This document shows positions 8,530 through 16,194 of a stretch of 24,397 nucleotides of DNA, in pieces. How positions within the stretch are numbered: the stretch's first letter is position 1; every line of letters begins with the position of its first letter. The notes beneath the pieces were generated by a model. It ran no database searches, was not told where the DNA came from, and saw only the letters and a program-made list of their open reading frames with translations. This DNA comes from a virus (taxonomy: Duplodnaviria > Caudoviricetes), in IMG/VR virus record IMGVR_UViG_3300020120_000117, positions 1 through 24,397 of that record; one strand, written 5' to 3'. Made by a program: the position numbers and the translations under genes.

Positions 8530-9285
8530 TTAATAGCTGGGGTAGAACTTGGCCGTCTTCGCGTCGAACGTCCAGCACTGAACCTTGCTCACCACGCCCG
8601 TGGTAGCGAGCGCGATGTTGTTCGTAGCCGTCGTGGTGTAGGCCGCATCCGGGATGATGCAGAATCCGCCACTCACCTGGCCAACCGGAATGCTCCAGGA
8701 GGTAATGGCGTTCGTGCCGGTTACGTGGAACAGTGGGCCGCTCGGGAGTGTGGCGCCGGCGACGGATGCAACGGCCGTAGTCGGCTGAGCGGGGGCGTCG
8801 GTGTTCTGGAACCCGGGAACCCAGCTCAGGGTGACGGTCGAGCAGAGCCACTGCCGGCCATTCTGCACGTTGACATACGGGGTGACGAAGGTGGCCGAAG
8901 CGGTGCAGGCGCCGTCCGGGTCGGTCGAGTAAAACCAGTTGGGTTCACCGATCAGAACCATGGAGCCGGAAACGTGGGCCACTGCTTTGCTGCCCGAGAG
9001 ACCGTTGCGAGTCACGGTGATGTTGGTGCCCGAGATGGAAACGACGCGCATCGCTTCGCCGCGAGCATCGCCCGGGTCCTGGACAAAGAGCATGGAGCCA
9101 GGCTCGCCGGTGGCGGTGTTGGGGGCATTGATGCCGGTGGCCGAAGAGACCGGGATTACCGAGTCGGTCGCGGCGATCGCGGCCGAGGTGGAAGTCTGGG
9201 TCAGGGTGTGTTGCTGCGCAAACGCCGGGGTGAAAGTGACGAGGGCCAGGAGACTGGCCAGGAAGAGTTTGAAAGTCTTGATCAT
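8530..9285 (-). CDS. Signal-peptide-bearing decoration-like or virion protein (251 aa)
   Basis: Start moved to ATG 9285 behind GAAGGA. MIKTFKLFLASLLALVTFTPAFA/QQ is a Sec-type leader. The mature part has the phage motif E.MRV..ISG..ITVTR...G..A.AH..G..V. Confidence 0.75.
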   Translation of the reverse strand: MIKTFKLFLASLLALVTFTPAFAQQHTLTQTSTSAAIAATDSVIPVSSATGINAPNTATGEPGSMLFVQDPGDARGEAMRVVSISGTNITVTRNGLSGSKAVAHVSGSMVLIGEPNWFYSTDPDGACTASATFVTPYVNVQNGRQWLCSTVTLSWVPGFQNTDAPAQPTTAVASVAGATLPSGPLFHVTGTNAITSWSIPVGQVSGGFCIIPDAAYTTTATNNIALATTGVVSKVQCWTFDAKTAKFYPSY

Positions 9286-9305
9286 CGAAGTTGTTTCCTT
9301 CAATC

Positions 9306-9338
9306 GAAAAATTGGTGGGCCGCCCCGAAAGACGGCCC
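9306..9338 (-). terminator. Putative terminator after the major capsid gene
   Basis: GGGCCGTCT-TTCG-GGGCGGCCC stem (two G-U pairs) followed by ACCAATTTTT. Confidence 0.65.
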
Positions 9339-9345
9339 GATTCAG

Positions 9346-10590
9346 TTAGCCTTCGATCGCGCAGGCCATTTCGCCGTAGAGCTTCCCGAAGTCGTACAGC
9401 ACGTCGGCGCGGTTCACTTCCTTGCGGTAAACCGGATCGAATGCGCGGATCATGGAAATCGCGAGGCCGGTCTCTTCGTCGCGCTCGCGGGTGACCAGGG
9501 CGCCCATGCCGGGCTCGGGGTCATTCAGCGGGACGCTGACGAAGGCGAAAGCGTTCTTGTGCAGCAAGAGGGCTTGGGGCGAAGTCGTGGACGCGGGTCC
9601 ATCGACCGTGATCGCGGCGCCGTCGACGGGAGCCGAGTCAACGTTCTGATACTGGCCGGTCGGGGTGATTGCGGGTGCGATCGAGACGCTGCCGTTGCCC
9701 GATCCATCGGAGCTGAAATCGGCGAGGACAACGAAGCTCTGCAAGCGGCCAGTCGACTGGCGGGTCTGCGGATGCACGCTGAACACGTTGGCGATAGTGA
9801 AGCGATCGCCGGCCTTCAGGCGGGAAGCCGCCGCGCCGGTCCAGCCGCGCGTGGTCAGGCTCATCGTGCCGTTGTTGCCGCCATCGGCGGTCTGGGCTGC
9901 CGTCGACGCATCCACGAGCGGAGTGCCACCGTACGGGCCGGTCTTGCGGCTGTAGATGGTCTGGTCGCGGAAGACGTTATAGCCGAAGCTGTCCACCATC
10001 CGGCCCTGTTCCCATTGCTTCGAGATCGCGCCGGTCGGATTGAACAGCGTTTTCACGCCGTGCACGAAGGAGCTGGAAATCTTGCGGTTGACGATCAGGT
10101 TCAGCTCTTCGCCTTCGGGCAATCCCTGTTCGACCAGGATGTCGCCGGCGGTGAGGAACGGCAGATCGTCGGTGGGGGTGGTTCCCGGCGTTCCCGCCTG
10201 GTTCCAGGTGTTGAGTGCGATGAACTGCGCGGCTTCGGCGTTGATCTTCGAAGCGAGCGCGATCGCGAGCGGCTTCGCATACAGTTCGCGAGCTTCGCGG
10301 ATCGAGAGGGTTTTCTCCACCGAGTCCCACTCGTAGGCGACCTGGGCAACCTGGCCGACTTTGATCGGGGTCACCTGGTCGGTGAGGGACTGGGGATCAT
10401 ATTTCAGACCCTTCGAAACGGTGAAGCGGTAGGGCTTGCGAACTTCTACGCTCGCGCCCACCTTGAAACTCTTCTTCCCGAATTCGGGAGAGAGCGCGGG
10501 GGACATGTTGCGGCAAACGTTGAGGGCGTTGCCGAGGTCCATCAGGACCAATTTGGCGAACACCTGCGGGGTTAAAACAGCATTCGGCAT
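9346..10590 (-). CDS. Major capsid protein, P22 coat family (414 aa)
   Basis: MPNAVLTP...L.NAL...R, KVGASVEVRKP.RF, LKAGDRFTIANV..V.PQTRQSTG.LQ.FVV and R.DVLY motifs. GGAGGAG RBS. Confidence 0.93.
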   Translation of the reverse strand: MPNAVLTPQVFAKLVLMDLGNALNVCRNMSPALSPEFGKKSFKVGASVEVRKPYRFTVSKGLKYDPQSLTDQVTPIKVGQVAQVAYEWDSVEKTLSIREARELYAKPLAIALASKINAEAAQFIALNTWNQAGTPGTTPTDDLPFLTAGDILVEQGLPEGEELNLIVNRKISSSFVHGVKTLFNPTGAISKQWEQGRMVDSFGYNVFRDQTIYSRKTGPYGGTPLVDASTAAQTADGGNNGTMSLTTRGWTGAAASRLKAGDRFTIANVFSVHPQTRQSTGRLQSFVVLADFSSDGSGNGSVSIAPAITPTGQYQNVDSAPVDGAAITVDGPASTTSPQALLLHKNAFAFVSVPLNDPEPGMGALVTRERDEETGLAISMIRAFDPVYRKEVNRADVLYDFGKLYGEMACAIEG

Positions 10591-10598
10591 TGAATTCT

Positions 10599-10670
10599 CC
10601 TCCGCCTCGCGGCGGTGGTTTCCCGGTCTATCTCCCGACAGTCCGGGGCCTGGTCAGCCTTTCGGGCCGA
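10599..10670 (-). promoter_or_regulatory. Structured capsid leader with three GNRA-capped hairpins and the RBS
   Basis: TCGGCCC-GAAA-GGCTGA; CCCGG.CTGTC-GGGA-GATAG.CCGGG; CCGCC-GCGA-GGCGG running into AGGAG. Confidence 0.55.
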
Positions 10671-11648
10671 TTACAGGTACTTTTTGATCTCCCGCTTGAA
10701 GGTCCGCATGTCCGTCTTATCGAGATCGATTTCGGTGGCAGCGGAGCCACTTCCCCCCACCGATTTCGGCGGTTTGGGAAGCGGCGGAGCGGGAGCAGGG
10801 GTTTCCGTTTTAGGAGCCGGGGGAGCCTGGAGTTTCGCGACGAACGCGCCCAGCTCGAAAGCCAGGCGATGGGCCGGCAGCTTGGAGAGACGCTCCAGCT
10901 CGGGCCGGTTCTTCGCGAGCGCGTAGGCCAGTTCGGCCTTTGAGATGTCGCCTTCGGACTCAATGACGGCGCGGTGCATTTCGGCTGGCAGCCTTTGCGC
11001 CAGGTCCTTTACCGTATCCATCACGTCGTCATAATCGGCGTGTTTCGCGCGCGCGGTTTCGACGCTCGAATTCCAGCTCTGTGCGAGGGCCTGGTTTCGT
11101 TCCTGCGTGAAGCGCGCGGCCTCTTCGTTTGCGCGTTTCTTCTCACGCTGGTCGATCGTGTAGTTCGTCAGGTCCTGCTGATACTTGTCCCAGTCGGTGT
11201 AGTTCTTCGGATCGGGTGGCTGATCGGCCGGCTTCGCTGGCTCGGTTGCAGGTTGCGCCGTTGGTTGGGCAGGTGGCGGGGCCTGTAATTGCTGCAATCG
11301 TGCTTCGACGGCTTCGAGTCGCCTTTCGGCTTCCCGTTGCCTCCGGACGGCTTTGTCGATCCGCTTTTGGACTCCGGGAGGGACGGGCGTTTTATCGTCG
11401 TCTTCCTCCGTCGGAGTAGTTCCTTCCGCGGGCTCCTGTGGCTTACCCGGTTCCGAGGCCGGGGGCTTGGTTTCACCCTCCGGGGTTGCCGGGGGCGCGG
11501 GTGTTTCTGTCGTTTCGGCGGGTTTGGGCTCCGCCGCCGGCGACACCGGCATGTCTCCTTCGAAATCGGTCTCCGCCCATTTGCGGAGGTCCGCCATCGT
11601 GGGCTCGATAACGACTGAAGGAGTCGGGGGCACTACGACTGTAGCCAT
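10671..11648 (-). CDS. Capsid scaffolding protein (325 aa)
   Basis: Between portal and coat. Pro/Glu-rich disordered N-terminus, GVQKRIDK coiled coil, PPKSVGG near the C-terminus. Confidence 0.88.
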   Translation of the reverse strand: MATVVVPPTPSVVIEPTMADLRKWAETDFEGDMPVSPAAEPKPAETTETPAPPATPEGETKPPASEPGKPQEPAEGTTPTEEDDDKTPVPPGVQKRIDKAVRRQREAERRLEAVEARLQQLQAPPPAQPTAQPATEPAKPADQPPDPKNYTDWDKYQQDLTNYTIDQREKKRANEEAARFTQERNQALAQSWNSSVETARAKHADYDDVMDTVKDLAQRLPAEMHRAVIESEGDISKAELAYALAKNRPELERLSKLPAHRLAFELGAFVAKLQAPPAPKTETPAPAPPLPKPPKSVGGSGSAATEIDLDKTDMRTFKREIKKYL

Positions 11649-11724
11649 GCTGTTTGGTTGAGTTTCCTCGCGCGGCGATTCTGGTTTAATTCACCCAAGG
11701 CCCGCCACGAAGGCCTGAAAATGA

Positions 11725-13926
11725 TTACGCTGCCTGCGGTTCCTGTTCAGAACCGGTGTCCGTAGTATTCATCGGCAAACTGGCGATCTGTTGTTCGTGC
11801 TGCTGCTGGATTGCCGACTGCTGGGCCTCATGGGCCTGTTGCTGCTGCTGCAAACTCTGTTCGTGTTGCTGGTCTGCCTGTTGCGTCACCGCTTCGTGCA
11901 GGCGTCCGTACTTGGCATCGAGGGCCGCGATTTCCGCGCGCAGCAGCTCGACACCCTGTTGCTGGTTCAGTTCGGCGAAAGCGATCGAGCGCTTCGTCTC
12001 TTCCTGCATCGCAACGATTCTTTCCCTCGAGGCGGATTCCACGGCCTTGGTTTCGATCTCCTGGGAGAGCGCGTGGACCTGAGCAACAAGCGCCTCGTGC
12101 TGCTGGGCCATGAACTGCATTTGCGCCTGCACCTGGGGTGGGAGCGGCTGCTGCTGGCCTTTCTGTTCCTGGAGCGCCGGCGGAAGGACTTTGCGGTAGC
12201 GTTCGGCGATGCGTTCTGAGCCGGGGGCGTCGAGCGAATCGAACAGAATATCGCCCGCGATCTGCATGAAGTTCTTGTCGGCGTTCGCGATCTGGCTGTA
12301 AACGTCGAAGGCTTCCTCACGCTGGCTGGTGTAGGACTTGCCCGTGGAGACGGCGACGCCGTATTCGCCCTGGTCGAGCTGGTGATGCACGACCTTGCCG
12401 CTTTCCGGGTCCTGGTAGGGTGTCGGCGTGTTCACCCGTACGGTGCTCGTCTTGCCGTCTTCACTCCGGACCGGGACGTTCTTTTCGCCGCGATCGATGA
12501 TCGGGATCAGTTCGAGGAGAATCCGGCCGAGACACTTACGGCTGCGAGCTTCATTGTCGTGGAAATGGAAGTTGGCGTTGTCGGCTTCTTTTTGCCGGCG
12601 CTCGATCGCGATGCCGGCGGTTTCGTTCGACTTCGCGCCCAAGCTGGCATCGAAGATTCCCATCGCCGCTTTGATCGCGTCGACGCACTGGTTATAGCCG
12701 ATGACTAACGCGCGGATCGGAGGTTCGGAGGTGACCCGTTGCGGCGCCGGCACGAGCTGCTGGGTGCCGTTCACCGTGACCACGACGGGGCGGTATTGCA
12801 CCACGGCTTGCGGGAGGTTGTTGATGTTCTCCCATTCGTCCTCGTGGTTGGCGATCTGCCCTTCGGCCGCGATGTAGGGCGTCTTCGGCATCTGCCCCAC
12901 CTGTTCGGCCATGTTGGACACGTATAGGTTGAGCAAGCGTTGAGGGTCTTTGGCGAAGCGGATCAGTGAGAGCGTCCGCCGCTTGCCGTCGACGATCATT
13001 TCGCGTCCCCACAAGGGAACGATCGGAATGTAGCTACCGAGCCACTCGGTCTCGTCCAGAATTTCTACGCCGTCGATGATGTACTGGCAGACGGTGACGC
13101 AATCTTCTTCGCGGGTTTCGAGGATCGCTTCGTCGGGAAAGTCTTTGGGCAGCTCGTCGCGGTAGGCGATGCCTTCGACGTTCATGCCGCGGGAGAGTTC
13201 GTGACGGATGCGGCAGAGAGTGCGCGTCTCGTGTTCGCGGATCCAGTATTCCGCGATCTGCACACCGCCGCCGTCTTTCCCTACCCCGATCCAGTCCGGA
13301 GCCGGGTTTTCCTGGTCGGTGTAAAACGAATTGCGGCAGAGTTCCGTCTTGTTGCCGAAGCGCCGTCGATGCTCGTCGGCTGAAATTGTGGTGAGGACGA
13401 ACCACCAGTCCGAATCAGAGCGGTCATACTCGCGCGCGTTCGGATCGCACAGAACCGAGAATTGATTCTCGATACGCTCGATGCGCAGCTCCTGGTCGAA
13501 GCTGCCTTTCTTGTAGCGGGTCGAAACGCGATAGAAGCCGCGGCCTGAGGTTACCTGTTGTTCGCGTGACGTGTCGTAGGCGATGTCTGCGTCGGACTCG
13601 TACTCGATGTGCCGGATTCGGCCCTGCAACATCTCGGCGGTTTCTTTGGTTCCCCCGTCGAGCGGGGTAAGCCGGATGGCGGGCTTCGACTGGCGGCCGT
13701 CGTTGACGACTTGCGCGGTGAAAGTCTGGAGCCGGTTTTCAGTGAGGACGGGCCGCTCGGCCGCGATGCGCTGGTCTTTGGCTTCCTTGTTCCACTGATC
13801 ACCCGCCGCAAACGCTACATCTTCGACGGCCTCTTCGCGGTCCTCGCGATCGACGGCCATCGCATACGCGAAGCGCTCCCGCGCCAGGCGCATGAATTCG
13901 GTTACGTCTTTGACTTTGCTCGGCAC
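11725..13926 (-). CDS. Portal protein, P22-like (733 aa)
   Basis: Start moved to GTG 13926, just after the upstream stop. FAAGDQW, RPVLTEN, YIPIVP, KDPQRLLN and SNETAGIAI motifs, with a Gln-rich coiled-coil C-terminus. Confidence 0.93.
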   Translation of the reverse strand: MPSKVKDVTEFMRLARERFAYAMAVDREDREEAVEDVAFAAGDQWNKEAKDQRIAAERPVLTENRLQTFTAQVVNDGRQSKPAIRLTPLDGGTKETAEMLQGRIRHIEYESDADIAYDTSREQQVTSGRGFYRVSTRYKKGSFDQELRIERIENQFSVLCDPNAREYDRSDSDWWFVLTTISADEHRRRFGNKTELCRNSFYTDQENPAPDWIGVGKDGGGVQIAEYWIREHETRTLCRIRHELSRGMNVEGIAYRDELPKDFPDEAILETREEDCVTVCQYIIDGVEILDETEWLGSYIPIVPLWGREMIVDGKRRTLSLIRFAKDPQRLLNLYVSNMAEQVGQMPKTPYIAAEGQIANHEDEWENINNLPQAVVQYRPVVVTVNGTQQLVPAPQRVTSEPPIRALVIGYNQCVDAIKAAMGIFDASLGAKSNETAGIAIERRQKEADNANFHFHDNEARSRKCLGRILLELIPIIDRGEKNVPVRSEDGKTSTVRVNTPTPYQDPESGKVVHHQLDQGEYGVAVSTGKSYTSQREEAFDVYSQIANADKNFMQIAGDILFDSLDAPGSERIAERYRKVLPPALQEQKGQQQPLPPQVQAQMQFMAQQHEALVAQVHALSQEIETKAVESASRERIVAMQEETKRSIAFAELNQQQGVELLRAEIAALDAKYGRLHEAVTQQADQQHEQSLQQQQQAHEAQQSAIQQQHEQQIASLPMNTTDTGSEQEPQAA

Positions 13927-13927
13927 C

Positions 13928-14146
13928 TTAGTTGAGGTTCTGGCCGCCCGCGCTCGTGGTCTGGTTCGTTTGCACCGTCCACATCGGGTAAGTGTTCGGC
14001 CAATACGGGTACGGCCCGTTGTAGGGAACATGTCCGCAGTGGGGGCAACGTCCGCAGTGAGGGCAGGACTGCCCGAGGAATTGCATGTAGGAGGCGGTTT
14101 GGCTGTTGCCGAGGTTGTTCAGTTGCGAGTTCTGGATGTCGTTCAT
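13928..14146 (-). CDS. Small CPHCGRCPHCG protein (72 aa)
   Basis: ATG 14146 preferred because the longer start runs through hairpins. Stop lies 1 nt before the portal GTG. Confidence 0.55.
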   Translation of the reverse strand: MNDIQNSQLNNLGNSQTASYMQFLGQSCPHCGRCPHCGHVPYNGPYPYWPNTYPMWTVQTNQTTSAGGQNLN

Positions 14147-14169
14147 AGCGTCGCGTTCATGAGGGGATG

Positions 14170-14281
14170 CCCGCGCCGGGCAAAGGAGGAAGAAAACCCG
14201 GCGCGGGGCCGTTTCGCGCGGAGGGTACGCGCTCATGAGTCGAAACGGCTACCCGGTCTGAGGAGAATTCAGCCGGGTCCG
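14170..14281 (-). ncRNA. Candidate three-hairpin small RNA or structured leader with CUCC (anti-SD) loops
   Basis: Three abutting stems at 14251-14278, 14208-14249 and 14170-14207 (11-bp perfect), directly downstream of a motif copy. Confidence 0.6.
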
Positions 14282-14298
14282 ACACCTGATCTATCGGC
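14282..14298 (-). promoter_or_regulatory. Sigma28-like late promoter motif, copy GCCGATAGATCAGGTGT
   Basis: 15/17 identical to the copy at 14596-14612. Confidence 0.65.
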
Positions 14299-14461
14299 AA
14301 TCGTCACGAAAGGCCTTGTCGAGCTTTTCGAGGTAGGTGCGGTCGTCGGAGTCGAAGTGGTGCCGGATGGTCGGGTTGCCGGTGCTCTCGCCCTGGCGCT
14401 CGGCCAGGAAGAGGTGGAGGCGCATTTCGAGATCTCGCCGCCATTTTGTGAAGGCGTTCAT
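14291..14461 (-). CDS. Small hypothetical protein (56 aa, MNAFTKWRRD...)
   Basis: ATGA coupling to the stop of 14458..14595. Confidence 0.6.
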   Translation of the reverse strand: MNAFTKWRRDLEMRLHLFLAERQGESTGNPTIRHHFDSDDRTYLEKLDKAFRDDCR

Positions 14462-14595
14462 TTGGCGGGCTTGCGGGCTTTCCCGGCTTTGCGCAGCGCG
14501 ATCGCTACCGCCTGTTTCTGCGGGCGGAAGGCGTTGATCTCGGTTTTGATGTTTTCGGAAATGACTTTGGGCGAGCTGCCTGGCTTGAGCGGCAT
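14458..14595 (-). CDS. Small basic conserved phage protein (45 aa, MPLKPGSSPKVISENIKTEINAFRPQKQAVAIALRKAGK...)
   Basis: Missed by the ORF track. It resembles the widespread MPLK.G.S...IS.NI..E....PQKQAVAIA peptide found near terminase and portal genes. Confidence 0.8.
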   Translation of the reverse strand: MPLKPGSSPKVISENIKTEINAFRPQKQAVAIALRKAGKARKPAK

Positions 14596-14612
14596 ACACC
14601 GGATTTATCGGC
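14596..14612 (-). promoter_or_regulatory. Sigma28-like late promoter motif, copy GCCGATAAATCCGGTGT
   Basis: Exact GCCGATAA. The ATG follows immediately with no SD. Confidence 0.72.
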
Positions 14613-14618
14613 AGCCTG

Positions 14619-15764
14619 TCAGTGGCAGGTGCCTGAGGTGATTTCCGAGACCGTGGCGTAACCGAGCGTCTTGCCGTCTGACTTCCAACAAACGACGGTA
14701 TTGGGGCTGCCCGTCATCTGTACCAGGAAATTTCCGTTCGTGCCCATGACGCCGTTGGGGAAGCCATCGAAGAAGTACGCGCCATTGTTCGTCCCGCCAA
14801 GGGGAAATCTCAACCCATAGTCGAACGGTTGGATGGCACAGGAGCCGAGAGCGCGGCCTGCATCCTCGTGGTAAAAGCAGGGCGTCGCCGTGGTGATGTT
14901 GCCCCATGTCGATGAGGTGGGGACTGTCAGAGCGGAATCCGGCTTGTTGTAGGTGTAGGTGGACCCGCTGTATCCCACCGGCAAAAAGTCAGCCAGATAG
15001 TATTGAGAGCCGCCCGCCTTCGTAACCCACACGTTCGTGCCGGCGTACAGCGGGTCGGTGGATTGGTTGAGATTCCCGATGAGAATCTGCCCGTCCACGG
15101 TGTTGTCGGTGACTGTGACTGATACGAGACCCACCGGGTAAGTGTCGCCACCATTCGTTGCCCAGGTAATCGCGACATGGTGCACGCCGTTCGTCACGGA
15201 GCCGGCACCCGCTCCGGCAAGAGCAGCGGTCGGAGTTTGAATCGTATCTTCCCCGAGGCCTGCAACCCACCAGATTCCGTGCCGTGTCGGAATCACCCAC
15301 TTGTCGCCGAGGGTGTGTCCTGTCGACGCATTCCAATGCACCACGAGACCATCCGCCACAGCCGCGTCCGTCGTGGTCACATTGACCGGTGAGGAGAAAG
15401 CGCCACTGTTGCGAGCCCAGGCGTAGGTATCGGGCGTGCCTGTGCCGACGATCTTGATAATGATCGTCTCTGGACCAGAACCCGTGTAGCAAGGCTGCTC
15501 GTTCGCGAGAGTGCCCATGAGCAAATCGTTCAATCCGGAGCCTACAAACTCGCCGCCATGATCGAGAGTCGTCATCGTGGAGAGGGCGAATGCCGGAGTG
15601 GCAAAGGCCGCGGAAAACGGTAAGCAGGGAGGCTGAGTGCTCCCGACCTGGATGCCTTGAAAAGGGGTGAGCCCGTTTCTGACAGTCGTTCCCTTGGGCG
15701 GCCCCTGCGTGATCTGAGCGAACGCGGCCGAGCCGAGAAACAGGAATAACGCGAGCCGTCTCAT
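14619..15764 (-). CDS. Signal-peptide-bearing beta-rich virion-like protein (381 aa)
   Basis: Start moved to ATG 15764 (TAATG overlap), exposing the leader MRRLALFLFLGSAAFA/Q. Thr/Gly-rich, with GTPDTY.W and TGHTLGD.W motifs. Confidence 0.75.
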   Translation of the reverse strand: MRRLALFLFLGSAAFAQITQGPPKGTTVRNGLTPFQGIQVGSTQPPCLPFSAAFATPAFALSTMTTLDHGGEFVGSGLNDLLMGTLANEQPCYTGSGPETIIIKIVGTGTPDTYAWARNSGAFSSPVNVTTTDAAVADGLVVHWNASTGHTLGDKWVIPTRHGIWWVAGLGEDTIQTPTAALAGAGAGSVTNGVHHVAITWATNGGDTYPVGLVSVTVTDNTVDGQILIGNLNQSTDPLYAGTNVWVTKAGGSQYYLADFLPVGYSGSTYTYNKPDSALTVPTSSTWGNITTATPCFYHEDAGRALGSCAIQPFDYGLRFPLGGTNNGAYFFDGFPNGVMGTNGNFLVQMTGSPNTVVCWKSDGKTLGYATVSEITSGTCH

Positions 15765-15874
15765 TAACAGTGCCTCGCGAGAAGAATCGCGATCGAAATT
15801 CCGATCCACGGTAAGTGCTGGTCTGCGAGCTTGCGCAGCCAATGCCGCCGATCGGCGGAGTAGTGAGTCATCAT
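15764..15874 (-). CDS. Small peptide with hydrophobic C-terminus (36 aa)
   Basis: MMTHYSADRRHWLRKLADQHLPWIGISIAILLARHC. ATGA overlap upstream and TAATG overlap downstream. Confidence 0.6.
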   Translation of the reverse strand: MMTHYSADRRHWLRKLADQHLPWIGISIAILLARHC

Positions 15875-16176
15875 AAAATCAGTCCGGTTACCTTCCCGTG
15901 CAACCCTGTGGCGCTGGCGAACCAGGTGAATCCGCCGGCGAACGGGTCTCCGTTCCTCGACTCCACGCTGAACCAGTCACCAGGCGCGAGCGGCTCGCCC
16001 GGCACAAGCTGAATGGGGGTAGGGATAGAACGATCTTGTACGGTTACCGTGATCGTCGAGTTCGAGGGGTTCGTGATGCGAACGCTCCTAATCCACAGGT
16101 CCGTCAAGTGCTCGTCGGTAGGAACGGTGGGCACGATCTTGTTCAAGACGAAATTGGTGTTGCCTGGCGTCTTCAC
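15871..16176 (-). CDS. Small beta-sandwich hypothetical protein, possibly virion-associated (101 aa)
   Basis: GTG start embedded in the promoter motif. Alternating beta-strand pattern. Confidence 0.7.
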   Translation of the reverse strand: MKTPGNTNFVLNKIVPTVPTDEHLTDLWIRSVRITNPSNSTITVTVQDRSIPTPIQLVPGEPLAPGDWFSVESRNGDPFAGGFTWFASATGLHGKVTGLIL

Positions 16177-16191
16177 ACTGGATTCATCGGC
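16175..16191 (-). promoter_or_regulatory. Sigma28-like late promoter motif, copy GCCGATGAATCCAGTGT
   Basis: Fills the gap after terL. The GTG start is in the same register as in the 19519 copy. Confidence 0.7.
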
Positions 16192-16194
16192 ACA

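Noticed and set aside
8263-10575. 770-aa plus-strand ORF
   Set aside because: Antisense shadow of the coat and decoration genes in GC-rich DNA. Arg/Gly-rich with no motifs.
11780-11890. CAG/CAA-rich repeats
   Set aside because: They encode the Gln-rich portal tail. Not a CRISPR array or a separate repeat element.
13927-14031. Extended portal N-terminus in the ORF track
   Set aside because: Overlaps the Cys micro-ORF. The portal-like sequence starts near GTG 13926.
14170-14278. Plus-strand reading as a CsrA/RsmA sponge (GGA in all three loops)
   Set aside because: The adjacent promoter motif and the operon point to the minus strand. It remains an alternative if plus-strand RNA is found.
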